Source: Torpedo marmorata (lineage: Eukaryota). Taken from it: a DNA stretch of 64,000 nucleotides. The translations under genes and the position numbers were made by a program. The stretch covers positions 84,134,001 to 84,198,000 of the forward strand of contig OZ360231.1 of the NCBI GenBank assembly GCA_977017645.1. Direction: 5' to 3'. This document shows positions 12,320-24,698 of this stretch, piece after piece. Position 1 is the stretch's first letter, and each line of letters begins with the position of its first letter. Below the pieces are notes generated by a model that was not told the DNA's origin, did not search any database, and worked only from the letters and a program-made list of their open reading frames with translations.

Positions 12320-15300
12320 AAAGAAGCCCCCAAGAAAACATAAGACTGTCTTGCAAAATGTGCTTGCAAGGTTGATGACTTGCAAGCCCCACCCACAAGT
12401 AAAGGAAAGGCTTTGTCTTGCAAAACATTTGCAGGGTTTACAACAAAGAAGCCCCTCCACCTGCTGGCGCTACCATTAGGCCAATCAGGCAGCCGCCTAG
12501 GGTGCAGACCTCAGGGGCGCTGTTAAAGAGAGATTCCAACAGCTCGGGCACCTCTGTCATGAATGACATGGTTCTGACTAACGTGCTATAAGCACGCGCG
12601 TTAGTCTAGTAAGGCGGAGGAAGTGGTATGGCACACATCAAACATCACATCAGGTGTTGCACCCACTGCTCAGCCTGGTCAGCCCCCCTGCACTCAGCCC
12701 AGCCAAGGGTGCAAAATAGTCTGGCACTGGTTCTGAATATAAGGTAAGGCTGTCAAGCATAATTTTTTGCTGGGTTTACAACAGAGTAATCACAACCAAG
12801 CCTGTGTTCAAAATGTGTATGTACTGAAAAAGTTCACCAAAAGGAGGCTGCTTTGTAATATGAGTGTTTAAAAACAAAAACTGAGGTGTTTTCACAAAAA
12901 AACACAAACCCAAAAGCATTTTGATGAAATGTGTGTGCAGTATTCAAAACAAAAAAAACAGCATTCAAAACAAAAAAAACAGCATATCAAAAACAAGTCC
13001 GTTTTGTAAAATGTGCATGCAATGTTCAAAAATCACAAATAAAACCCAAGGTGGTGCTTGGCAAAACTGTACAGCTTAAAAGAAAATGCAAAAAAGCAAG
13101 GCTGTTTTACAAAATGTGTGTACTGAGGTTAAATAAAAAAACACAATGAAAACAAGCCAATTTTTGTAAAAACATGTGCAATGTTCAAAAAGCACAAACA
13201 AAATCCAAGGCTTTGTTTAGCGCAAAGTGTGTGCACGGTTCAAAAAAGCACAACAAAATGAGGCCTGTTGCAAAATGTGCGTGCAAGGTTCAAAACGCGA
13301 TGAAAAAACACAATATTGAGCCTGTTGCAAAATGTGCGTGCATGATTTAAAATAAAATCCAAGGCAGTGCTTGGCTAAAAAATGTGCACTGTTTATAAAG
13401 CACAAAGGATACGGCTGTGCTTTGCAGGATATGCATACAGTTTCGAACAAGCCCAAAAAACACACGGTTGTGAGTTACCAAGATTATATGCAGTGTTTTA
13501 ATCCTCGCCAAGGCAGTATTTTGTACAATAGGTTTGGTGTTTTTTAAAATAAATAAGTAAATAAATAAATAGAATAAAAATAAACAAACCAGGATGTGGG
13601 CTTTACAACGTGTGGCAGCAGTGTTTGATTTTTTTAAACTTGGCTGTGCTTTGCAAAAAGTGTGCAGTTCAATTGAAACATAGCAAAGGGATTGTATTGC
13701 TAAATGTGTGCGTAAGGTTCAAAAAAAGCACACAGCACAAGAAAACGGCCTGTTGCAAAATGTGTGCATGCATGTTTCAAAATAAAATCCAAGGCAATGC
13801 TTGGCAGAACGTTTATAAAAAGCACAGGAAAAAGCAAGGCTGTGTTTTGCAGAATGTGCGTGCAGAGTTTAAACAAGAAACAGCACAACAAAAACTAAGC
13901 TATTTTGCAAAGCGTGAATGTAGTGTTTTAAACCTTATGGAGGCAGGTGTTGGCATGATGGGTTTGGGCTTTGTAAAAAAAAAAATTAAAAAAAATAAAT
14001 AAATAAAAATTTAAAAAAATCCAACGATGCGTGCTTTGCAAAATGTGTCGGTAGTGTTTTTACAATATTGCCATGGCTGTGATTTGCAGGATGTGTACTT
14101 TTGTATTTTTACAAAAACATGGATGTGCTTTGCAAAAAGTGTGGATTTCCTATTGAAAGGTAACCATGGTAGAGTCTTGCTAAATGTGCTTTCAGTGTTC
14201 TTTGGGGAAAAATAGCGAAGTTTATCTTAAGGTTTGCAGGGTTGACAACAAAGAGCCCCCCTCAGGAAAAGGTATGGTTCTGTCCTGTAAAATGTGTTTG
14301 CAGGGCTGACAACAAACAAGCTCTCCCCAAGAAAAGGTAAGGATCTGTTTTGCAAAATGTTTGCAGAGTTGCAAAGATCAAACAGAACAGTGCTTGTGTT
14401 CTAAATGTATATACATCAAAAAAGTCTTGTAATTCTGTGTTTTGTGTATAAAACAAGCTCGTGTTTTTTTTAAAAAAAAAAAACAAAAACAAGGGCTGCA
14501 TTTTACAAATAATGCAGATGGAATTTAAAACTAATAACAGCACAACAAATACAATCCTATTTTGGAGAATGTGTGCAACGTTCAAAAAGCACAAACAAAA
14601 CCCAAGGCTGTGCTTGGCACAAAGTGAGTAAGGTTCAGAGAAGCACAATAAAATCAAGCATGTTGGAAAGTATGTGCAAGGACCAAAAAGGCACAACAAA
14701 AAAGCGAGCCTGTTAGAAAATGTGTGCAAGGTTTAAAACGGCATGACAAAAACAGAACAAAATTTAGCCTGTTGCAAAATGCGTGCATGCAAGGTTCAGA
14801 AAGGCACAACAAAAACAAGCCTGTTGCAAAATGATGGTATGGAAGGTTTAACTCACAAAAACGCAAAATCGAGCATGTTACAATATGTTGGCACGAAAGC
14901 TTTTAAATAAAATCCAAGGCAACGCTTGGAAAAAAGTGTACGCAATTCATGTAAAACACAGAAAAAGCAAGGTTGCGTATTGCAGAAAGTGTATGCAGAG
15001 TTTTAAACAATAAAAGAAAAACAAAAATAAGCTATTTTGCACAATGTGAATGTTGTGTTTTAAACCTAACCAAGGCAGGCTTTCACATGACGGGTTTTTT
15101 AATCCAAGGAAATGTGCATGGCAACTCTGGTGTTTGTATGTTTTTAAAAATACAGCCATGCCTGTGATTTGCAGAAAGCAGGCAGTTTTGTATTTTAAAA
15201 AAACAATGGTGGTGCTTTGCAAAAATGTGTGCCATTTCAACTTAAACATAACCAAGGTATCATCTTGTTAAATGAGTTTGTAGTGGATTTATTAAAAAAA

Positions 15301-17378
15301 TAACCAACTATTTATTTGCAGGGATTGAAAGAAAGAAGCCTCCCAAAAAGGTAACAGTCTCTCGAAGTGTTTTCAGGGTTGACAACAAAGAAGCGCCCCA
15401 CCCAAGAAAAGGTAAGGCTCTGTCTTGTAAAATGTGTTTGCAGGTTGATAACAAAGAGCAAACAAAACCAATGCAGTGTCCAAAATGTTTATGCACTGAA
15501 AAATTGCACTGACAACACAGGTTAAGTTTTGTAAAATCTGTTTGGGGGTTAAAACCAATGCTGAAGTTTCTTTTAAAAAAAAACAAACAAGAAAAGCAAG
15601 GGCTGTGTTTCACAAAATGTGCATGGAGAATTTAAAACCAAGAACAGCACATCAAAAACAAGCCTGTTTTGGAAAATGTGTGCAAAATTCAAACAGCACA
15701 AACAAAATCCAAAGCTGTGCTTGGCATAAAGTGCATGCAAGGTTTCAAAGAACACGAAGCGTAGCAAAATGATGGCTTGCAAAGTTCAAGTCACAACAAA
15801 GAGCAAAATCGAGCTTGTTACAAAATGTGTGCATGCAAGGTTAAAAATAAAATCCAAGGAAATGCTTGGCACAAAGTGTGCGCTATTGAAAAACAGAATA
15901 AGCAAAGTGAGTTTTGCAGAATGTGCTTGCAGAGTTTAAAAAAAGAGCACATCAAAACCTAAGCTGTTTTGAAAAAAGTGAATGGTGTTTTAAACCTCAC
16001 CAAGGCAGGCTTTGGCATGATGGGTTTGGGTTTAAATAAAAATCCAACGATGTGTGGTGACAACAATTGTCAGTGGTGTTTAAGTTTAAAAAAAAAAAAA
16101 AAACAAAAAACATGGATGTGCTTTGTAAAGAGTGCGCAGTTTCTACTGAAATGTAATCAAGGTACAGTCTTACTAAGTGTGCTTGCAGTGATTTTTGAAA
16201 AATTACCAAGTTTATCTTAAGGTTTGCAGAGTTGACAACAAAGACGGCCTCCCCCAAGAAAAGGTAGAGCTGTTTTGCAAAATGTGTTTGCAGGGTTGAT
16301 GACAGAATAAACAAGAAGCCTGTGATCTATGTGCATGCACTGAAACATTTTGTAAAACTTGTTTTGCATTTAAAATAAAATCTCGTGTTTTTATAAGAAA
16401 ACACAAAGCAGAGATTATGATTCTCAAAAAATGTAAACAGCATTTAAAACAAAAGAGAGCACATCAAAAACAAGCCTATTTTGGAAAATGTGTGCAACGT
16501 TCAAACAGCACACAGAATCCAAGGCTGTGCTTGGCATACAATGTGTGCAAGGTTGAGGAAAGCACAACAAAATCAATCCTGTTGTAAAGCATGCATGCAA
16601 GGTTTAAAAGAGTACAAATCACAACAAAATAAAGCTTGTTGTAAACTGTGTGCCAGCGTCAAAAATACACGACAAAATAGCACAACAAAATCGAACCTGT
16701 TGTAAAACATGTGCATGCAAGATTCAAAGACCTGACAAAACACCAACACCAAATCAAACCTGTTGCAAAATGTGTGGGTGCAAGGTTCAAAGGTCTGACT
16801 AAAAACCACTACCAAATCGAGGCTGTTGCAAAACGTGTGCGCGCAATGTTCAAAAAGAAACATCTGACTGCTTGCCAAAGTAGGGTGCAAAGGTTGCAAA
16901 AGTAAGACTCTTCTGTAAAATATGCATAGTGTTTAAAGCAAAAAACCAGCATGACAAACCTGAGTAAAATGGGTGCAATGTTGGGAAATACAAAATCCAG
17001 GGCTGTGTTCGGCAGTGTGTGTGCAAGGTTCAAAAAAGCGTAACAAAATGAGGCCTGTTGCAAAATGTGCGTGCAAGGTTCAAAGCATGACAAAAAACAC
17101 AACAATATTGAGCCTGTTGCAAAATGTGCATGCATGATTTAAAATAAAATCCAAGGCAGCGTTTGGCTAAAAAATGTGCACTGTTGGGGAAAAAACCACA
17201 GAAAAAGATAATGCTGTAGTTTGCAGAATATGCATAGTTTCAAAACAATCCCAAAAAACAAGTCTGTGCTTCACCAAGGCAGTTTTCTTTTTTTAAAAAA
17301 AAAAGTGGATTGACAACACATGTCAGAGGTGTTTGTTTTAAAAAATAAATAAATAAATAAATAAATACCTTGGCTGTG
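12320..17378. repeat. Complex satellite: ~45-50 bp degenerate monomer in ~0.9-1.2 kb higher-order units
   Basis: Recurrent GCCTGTTGCAAAATGTGYGTGCAAGGTTCAAAAAAGCACAACAAAA; anchor AAATAAAATCCAAGG at ~13349, 13779, 14905, 15845 and 17141. Confidence 0.85.
12457..12735. mobile_element. Probable hAT-like MITE inserted in the satellite
   Basis: GC-richer island with GCCGCCTAGGGTGCAG near the left end and AGGGTGCAAAATAGTCTGGCACTGGTTCTG at the right end; terminal inverted repeats (TIRs) degraded, no TSD seen. Confidence 0.4.
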
Positions 17379-18415
17379 AAGAGGAAGGGTCTTTTGTACA
17401 TTTTACATGGTTTTGTCCAAAAGTTTGATTTTTGGTTGAAGGATTGGCGTATTGCGCATGTGGTACCGTTATTTAAAAAGGGTTCAAGGAGGAAGCCTGG
17501 CAATTATCGGCCTGTAAGTTTGACATCTGTGGTAGGTAAATTAATGGAGAAAGTTCTTAGAGATAGCACTTATAAATATCTGGATAGACAGGGTCTGATC
17601 AGGAACACTCAACATGGATTTGTGAGCAGAAGGTCCTGCTTGACCAATCTGATTGAATTTTTTGAAGAGGTGACTAGGAATGTGGATATTGTCTATATGG
17701 ACTTCAGTAAGGCCTTCGATAAGGTACCACATGGAAGGTTAGTTAGGAAGGTGCAGTTTTTAGGTATAAATTTTGAGGTAGTCAAATGGATTGAACATTG
17801 GCTGAAAGGGAGAGGCCAGAGAGTGGTAGTGGATAATTGTCTGTCAGGTTGGAGGCCGGTGACCAGCGGTGTGCCTCAGTGATCTGTATTGGGCCCATTG
17901 TTGTTCGTTATATACATTAATGATCTAGATGATGGGGTGGTGAACTGGATTAGTAAATATGCAGACGATACTAAAATAGGTGGAATAGTGGATAATGAAG
18001 AAGGTTTTCAAGGATTGCAGAGGGATTTGGGCTGCTTAGAAAAGTGGGCTGAAAAATGGCAAATGGAGTTTAATGCTGATAAGTGTGAGGTGCTTCATTT
18101 TGGTAAGAAGAATCAGAACAGGACATATGTAGTAAATGGGAGAGCATTGATGAATACAGAAGAGCAGAAAGATTTAGGAATAATGGTGCATCGTTCCCTG
18201 AAGGTAGAAACTCATGTGAATAGGGTGGTGAAGAAGGCTTTTAGTATGCTGGCCTTTATCAATCATTGCATAGAATATAGGAGTTGGGAAGTGATGTTGA
18301 GATTATATAAGTAAACACGAAAATCTGTAGACACCGTAATAATGTAGTAAAAAACACAAATGCTGGAGAACTCAGCAGGTCAAACAGTGTCTTTTATGTA
18401 GCAAAGGTAGAAATA

Positions 18416-18456
18416 CATAACTGACGTTTCAGGCTTGAGCCCTTCTTCAAAGTATG
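18416..18456 (-). ncRNA. Minimal type I hammerhead ribozyme motif (Penelope pLTR)
   Basis: catact-TTGAAGA-A-GGGCtcaaGCCT-GAAACGTC-agttatg on the minus strand. Confidence 0.6.
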
Positions 18457-18969
18457 AGAAAATGCCGGCAGACGTCCGAACAAAGGAGTGAGGGGGGAAG
18501 GGTGGGTGGGAAAGGCAGAAGATAATAGGTGGAGACAGGAGGGAGGGGACAGTAGCAAAGAGGGGGAGGAGGGATGGCTGGGTAGCTGGAGAAACACAGG
18601 AAGGACAGGTGAGGGGGGAGGGGAAGGGAACAACAAGCAGGTTTAGTGGAAAGCAGAAAAGTCAATGTTAATTCCATCTGGCTGGAGAGTGCCGAGACGG
18701 AATATGAGATGTTGTTCCTCCAGTTTGCGGGTAGTCTTGGTGGGATAGTACATGAGGCCATGGACAGACATGTGAGTGTGGGAGTGTGACCCAGAATTGA
18801 AATGGTTGGCCACTGGGAGGTCCTTCCTGTGTTTCTCCAGCTACCCAGCCATCCCTCCTCCCCCTCTTTGCTACTGTCCCCTCCCTCCTGTCTCCACCTA
18901 TTATCTTCTGCCTTTCCCACCCACCCTTCCCCCCTCACTCCTTTGTTCGGACGTCTGCCGGCATTTTCT

Positions 18970-19010
18970 CATACTTTGAAGAAGGGCTCAAGCCTGAAAC
19001 GTCAGTTATG
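18970..19010 (+). ncRNA. Minimal type I hammerhead ribozyme motif (Penelope pLTR)
   Basis: catact-TTGAAGA-A-GGGCtcaaGCCT-GAAACGTC-agttatg; stem I and stem II pairing visible. Confidence 0.6.
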
Positions 19011-19674
19011 TATTTCTACCTTTGCTACATAAAAGACACTGTTTGACCTGCTGAGTTCTCCAGCATTTGTGTTTTTTACTTGAGATTATATAAGGCGTTC
19101 GTGCGGCCTAGTTTAGAGTTCTGTGTGCAGTTCTGGTCGCCAAATTATAGGAAGGATATCAACAGAGTGGAGAGAGTGCAGAGAAGATTTACCAGAATGT
19201 TACCTGGGTTTAAGCATCTAGAGTACAAGGAGAGATTGAGCAGATTAGGTCTTTATTCTTGGAGCGTAGCAGGTTGAGAGGGGATTTGATAGAGGTATTT
19301 AAGATTATGAAAGGGATAGACAGAGTGGATGTGGATAGACTATTTCTGTTAAGAGTAGGAGAGATTGAAACAAGAGGACATGAGTTAAGAGTTAAGGGGC
19401 AGAGGTTTAGAGGTAACATGAGGGGGAACTTCTTTACTCAGAGAGTGGTAGCGGTGTGGAATGAGCTTCCGGGAGATGTAGTGGCGGCAGAGTCAATTTT
19501 ATTATTTAAGAAAAAGTTGGACAGGTATATGGATGAGAAGGAAGTGGAGGGATATGGGCAGGGTGCAGGTAGGTGGAATAGAGAGGAGTGTTTGGTTTGG
19601 TGCGGACTGGAAGGGCCTAATGGCCTGTTTCCGTGCTGTAATTGTTATATGGTTATATGGTTAAGTATTTAAGA

Positions 19675-20600
19675 TGTTACAAAACCAAACCAGCAACGAC
19701 AGAAGACGCAATGCAAAAGGGGTAAAATTGAAATTACTATTTATTAAAGACAATTAATCATATAATTTCACAACAATTAACCCCACTATAAACGTCTATA
19801 AACACTATTCTTATCTAAAAGGTGTGTATGTGTGTAAAGCCCAGACCATTACAGTCTGTGCCCAACCCTTATGTAAAAATGGAAAAACTTTCCCCAAAAA
19901 CCCGAGGTCAGTCATAAAAAACAATCAGTCAAAAAAAAAAAGGATATTACAGTCTACAAAATTCACTCTCTAAGTTCAGGCTTCAAATTCAGCTCTGTGT
20001 CTGGTAGAAGTACTTCTGAATGAACATTGGAGAGAGACAATGACTGTTTATGCTTACAAATACTTGTTTTCTTCTCTGATGACGTCCCCTTCTTGTATGT
20101 TCATAAGGATTTCGACTTCAGATCAGTATACCACTGATTTAGGCGTATGCTTGAATCTCACAGCTAGTCTCGCTGATCTCACGCCTGTTCTCCACAGAAG
20201 TTGCTTTTAACTCAGAATTTCTGAGACAGGAGGCCATGTGCTATTCTGCCAGTCTTTTCTCTGGCTGCACAAACCTGGATTTGGCTGTGTTCTCTAGCCT
20301 TTGCAACTTACAACTGTCTGCTTCTTGCAGAGATCTACACCTGCTTTTTGCAAAAGTGTAACAAATGTACCTTGTCCACATTCTGTCTCTCTCTCTCTCT
20401 CTGGTCTCTCTCTGTCTGGGTACACCAAAAGTGCAACAATGTATCTTTGTCCACAGCTTGTCTCTCTCTCTCTCTGTCTGGGTACACCAAGTCCTGGGGA
20501 AGTTAACTCTTTCAGTACCTGGCCCCAGTGTATACTCCAAAAGACTTCATCCTTCCTGCTGACTGTCCGCAGTCCAAATGGTCAGTCATGGTCCATAACA
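19675..20600 (-). repeat. 3' LTR (926 bp, TG...CA)
   Basis: Termini TGTTAC...ATAACA; homologous to 24699-25105 and 29477-30287. Confidence 0.92.
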
Positions 20601-20732
20601 CCTCCCACCCAGAAAGGAAATATTGGTCTGCAAGAACAAAATTTAGGAAAGTAATTGAGGTGTCAGAATATAAACAAAATCTACAATGTTCATCCACAAA
20701 TACAAAATATGAACTATTTTCATTGATAAAGT

Positions 20733-22973
20733 TTAACATCTAGAAAGACAATCTGCAATTACATTATCTTTCCCTTTTATATGAGTGATTACCAAATTAT
20801 ATTCTTGCAAAATTAGACTCCAATTCAACAACCGTCGATTCTTATTTTTCATTTTACAAAGAAAAACCAATGGATTATGGTCAGAATACACTATGAGTGG
20901 TATTTGAGCTGTACAGATATACACATCAAAGTGTTGTAGAGCCAACACAAGAGCCAACAACTCTTTTTCTATAGTTGAATAATTCCTTTGATGATCATTG
21001 AACTTCTTCGAGAAGTAGGATACCAGATGGTCAATGTCCTCTTCGTTCTTCTTCTGTAACAGCACCGCACCCACAGCTTCATCGCTGGCATCCACGGCTA
21101 ATGAAAACGACTGTTCTAAATTAGGTGACTTAAGCACAGGTTGGTGGCATAACATGGCTTTCAATTTGACAAATGCTTCCTGACAACCTGTTGACCATAC
21201 AAATTTTTCTTTCTTTCTAAGCAAATTTGTGAGAGGGAGCGCAAGATCAGCAAAGTTCTTACAGAACTTGCGGTAGTAGCCAATCATTCCCAGGAACCTC
21301 CTCAGAGTTTTCTTACCAGTTTGAACAGGGAACTCAGAAATAGTCACAACCTTTTCCTCTACTGGCGCCAACTGCCCCTGTCCTACTACATAACCCCGAG
21401 AATTAACAGTCCCATGACCCTCTCTGAAACTGGTTTTATCTGTCTCCTCCTTACCCCTGTCAATAACCAGTACCTCTGGTAAATGTTCAGTCCCTTTTTT
21501 CGGCACCTGTTCAAAATATGGCTTAACCATATTCACATGACAGACCTGTGTGTCTCGTCTGCGATTAGGTGTTTCTATGACATAAATGACATCATTAATT
21601 TTTGACTTAACTCTATATGGCCCTGAAAATCTAGCCCTAAGAGGATTTGAGTGGATGGGAAACAGAACTAATACGTTCTCACCTGGTTTAAAAGTTCTCA
21701 TCTTTGCCTTTCGCTCATACCAAACCTTCATTCTCTGTTGAGTGGCCTTTAAATTCTCCTTTGCCATCTCACAAGCCCTGTGCAATCGATCCTTAAATTT
21801 GGAAACATAATCTAACAGATTTAAATGCACATCACGATTAATCCACTGTTCTTTTAATAATCTTAAAGGACCTCTCACCTCATGTCCGAAAACTAACTCG
21901 AATGGACTAAAACCAAGCGAGTCTTGGACAGACTCCCTCGCTGCAAATGACAACAAATGAACCCCCTCATCCCAATCCTTTTCCTTCTCACAACAATAGG
22001 TTCTAATCATGGTTTTCAAAGTCGAAGGGAACGACTCCAAGGCCCCTTGACTTTCTGGATGGTACGCAGAGGATACAATCTGTTTAACTCCTAGTCCATC
22101 AACCACTTGTTGGAAAACGCCTGACATGAAATTACTGCCCTGATCTGATTGAATTTCCCTTGGCAAACCTACCAAGGTGAAAAACTTTACCATAGCCTTT
22201 ACAATTGTCTTTGCTTTAATGTTTCTCAGAGGAATGGCCTCTGGAAATCTGGTGGCTGCACACATAATTGTTAACAAATATTCATTCCTCGCTTTGGTTT
22301 TGGGCAATGGGCCAACACAGTCCACAATTACTCTCGAGAAAGGCTCACTGAAAGCAGGGATAGGTTGCAAGGGTGTCACCGGGGGACCCTGATTAGGTTT
22401 ACCCACCACCTGACAAGTGTGACAGGCCCGGCAAAAGCTTACAACCTCTCTTCTCAAACTGGGCCAATAAAATTGTTTCATTATCTTCCGTATAGTTTTC
22501 TTCACCCCAAGATGACCACCTAAGGGTGTACTATGAGCCAAAGTTATTATTGCATCCATATATACTTTAGGGATCACAACCTGCTGCACTACTGCCCATT
22601 CTTCATTGGCAGGAACATCACGTGGTCTCCACTTTCTCATCAACACCCCATCTTTTTCATAATAACCTACTGGCACCTTTTTAATCTCCTCTTCAGAGAG
22701 AACCTTATCCCTCACCACAACAAGATCAGGATCGTCCTTTTGCCTTGCTATTAACTCCTTTCGGGATAGTGACAAATCTGTGCCTTTAGGTGTCTTATCA
22801 GTGGATGGGTGTAACATAGGAGATAGCTCAACCTTTTCCAGGTTTTCTTGATTATCACTGTCTTTTTCTTTTACCAAATTATTTTCCACTGCCTTCTCTA
22901 CAGTGACATTTTTCTTAGACATGGCCCTGGTTATGGCACATGCCGAATAAATATCAGAGTCTTTCTCTGACAT
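20733..22973 (-). pseudogene. pol: Gmr1-like pol: integrase (HHCC + DDE) fused in frame to RT thumb/RNase H; RT core missing
   Basis: HSTPLGGHLG...CRACHTC; IVDCVG, SDQGSNF, QGALE; then FLGMIGYYRKF, AVDASDEAVGAVL, IEKELLA, DHNPL, ADCLSR; no YxDD. Confidence 0.9.
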
Positions 22974-24566
22974 ATCAATGACTGGCTTATGGTCATTTGC
23001 ACTGCAGGAACTACTTTACCCTTGGCCAAGTCATTGCCTAACAACAGTGAGACTCCTTCAACTGGCAACTCTGATCTCACTCCTATTATAACTGGTCCTT
23101 CCACCAAGTCTGAGTCCAATACTATTTTGTGCAAAGGAATGGACTCTACCTCACCACCAATTCCTTTAATTAAATTCATATCACCAGTGTCAGTAGCTTC
23201 ACAAAATTTCAAGACACTATCTAACACAAGTGACTGAGCAGCTCCAGTATCTTGCAAGATTTTCACTGGAACTTGTTTTGATCCTGCCTTAACTGAAATA
23301 AAACCATCAGTCACAAAAGGTTTAAATACATCTTTAACTTTGTCAGTAAATTTATCTCCTTCCTGGGTGTTATGCATCTTCTCACTCTGAATACAAGCAT
23401 TAGGTGTTGCATCCTTTTCTCTCTTCTTTTTCAACACTAGACAGCTTGCTATCATATGACCAGCCTTCCTACAGTAGTGGCAAATGGGACCCGAATTGTT
23501 TTCCCTTTTCCACATTCTTTCATCCCTTTCCTTAACACCACTTCCAAATGTACTTTCCACTTGCTTCTGATTATCCAACGTGACCTTTTGGAAAATTCTA
23601 CCTGACGTCCACTTAGGCTTGTGGGTTAAAGCATATTCATCTGCTAACGTAGCTGAATTTTGCCAAGTTTTCACCTCCTTTTCATCTCAGTATGCCTTAA
23701 TATCCTCAGGAACACACCTTTTTATCTCCTTGATTATTATCAATTCTCTCAATTGATTGTAATCATTGTTTACTTCCTTAGATGTGCACCACCTGTCAAA
23801 ACACACAACTTTTTCATAGGCAAACTCTGTATAAGATTGGGTTGCTGATCTTTTTAAATTTCTAAACTTCTGTCTATAAGCCTCTGGAACTAACTCATAA
23901 GCCTGGTGTATAGCCTTTTTCACCGTTTCATAATCAGCAGCTTGCTCCGTGGTAAGAGTAGAATAAGCTTGCTGAGCTTTTCCTTTAATTACACTTTGTA
24001 ACATAAGAGACCATTGGTCTTGTGGCCATTTTAATTTCACAGCCACCTTCTCAAAATGTTGGAAGTACTTATCTATTTCTGCTTCCTAAAATGGAGGAAC
24101 CAACCTCTCTACTAGCCAAAAACCCCTCAGCAGGATGACGAATTTGATCTTGGCGCTCTTCTTGTCTCCTCTCATTTTCCAACCTCATCTTTTCCAACTC
24201 ATATTTCCTATTTCTCTCATCGTTCTCTAAGTCTAATCTCTTTTGTTCTAATTCCAATTCTAATTTCTTTTGTTCCCTGTCTGCCTCTAATTTCTTTTGT
24301 TCCCTGGCTGCCTCCAATTCCAATTTCTTTAGTTCCAACTGTATGTTTTCAGAAGGTTTACCCTTGGGAAACTGCTCTAACATGCTCTCCTCAAATTTTT
24401 TTTCTTTTATATAGTATTTGACTATTTTTCTCCCAATCTCTGCCTTTTTCATAGATGCTTTTACAGAAGCAATGCCCAGCTTTGTTGCTATATCAACTAA
24501 CTGTTCCTTTTTCGCCTTTTTTAAAGTATCAGGTTCAGGTTATTCCAAAAAATGTTCTACATCCAT
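22931..24566 (-). pseudogene. gag: Gmr1-like gag and aspartic protease (frameshifted)
   Basis: Coiled-coil ORF 24069-24452; capsid-like KGKAQQAY...ELVPEAYRQKFR; CCHC knuckle CHYCRKAGHMIASC; protease LQDTGAAQS. Confidence 0.88.
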
Positions 24567-24672
24567 TGTTGCTGTTTTTTTTTGTTACACACACACTAGC
24601 TTTTAATTAGCTTTACAAAAGGAATGCCTTGAACCAAACTGGGATTCCTTCAATTACCAAGATGGATTTTGA

Positions 24673-24696
24673 TTCAAATCCCGGACGAGCCCCCTA
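24673..24696 (-). promoter_or_regulatory. Primer-binding site, tRNA-Pro
   Basis: Plus strand TTCAAATCCCGGACGAGCCCCC equals the tRNA-Pro 3' end and lies just inside the LTR. Confidence 0.9.
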
Positions 24697-24698
24697 TT

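Larger units (their letters stand above)
9300..12320 (-). mobile_element. CR1 3' fragments hosting a 5S SINE and an L1
   Basis: CR1 tail/RT sequence at 9300-9499, 9740-10250 and 11920-12320 (EAMERVQSRFTRTLP), continuous across the L1 TSD. Confidence 0.75.
18312..19079 (-). mobile_element. Short Penelope-like insertion with inverted pseudo-LTR (pLTR) arms; 15-bp TSD TTGAGATTATATAAG
   Basis: TSD at 18297-18311 and 19080-19094; arms ~18346-18607 and ~18820-19079 are reverse complements; the 3' end is homologous to 31550-32060. Confidence 0.92.
17441..19660 (+). mobile_element. CR1 LINE, 5'-truncated, relatively young; interrupted by a Penelope-like insert
   Basis: ORFs 17370-17882 (PGNYRPVSLTS, YMDFSKAFDKVPH), 17889-18314 (KYADDTK) and 19080-19672; tail repeats TTATATGG. 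Confidence 0.95.

Noticed and set aside
12931-17135. Cys/Lys-rich ORFs as zinc-finger or metallothionein-like proteins
   Set aside because: They are translations of TGT/TGC/AAA-rich satellite monomers in all frames, with no frame conservation between units
12320-17378. CRISPR-like array
   Set aside because: Repeats are degenerate, the intervening sequences are themselves repeated, the context is eukaryotic and there are no cas genes
24673-24696. tRNA-Pro gene
   Set aside because: Only the 3' ~22 nt are present, adjacent to an LTR, so it is a primer-binding site
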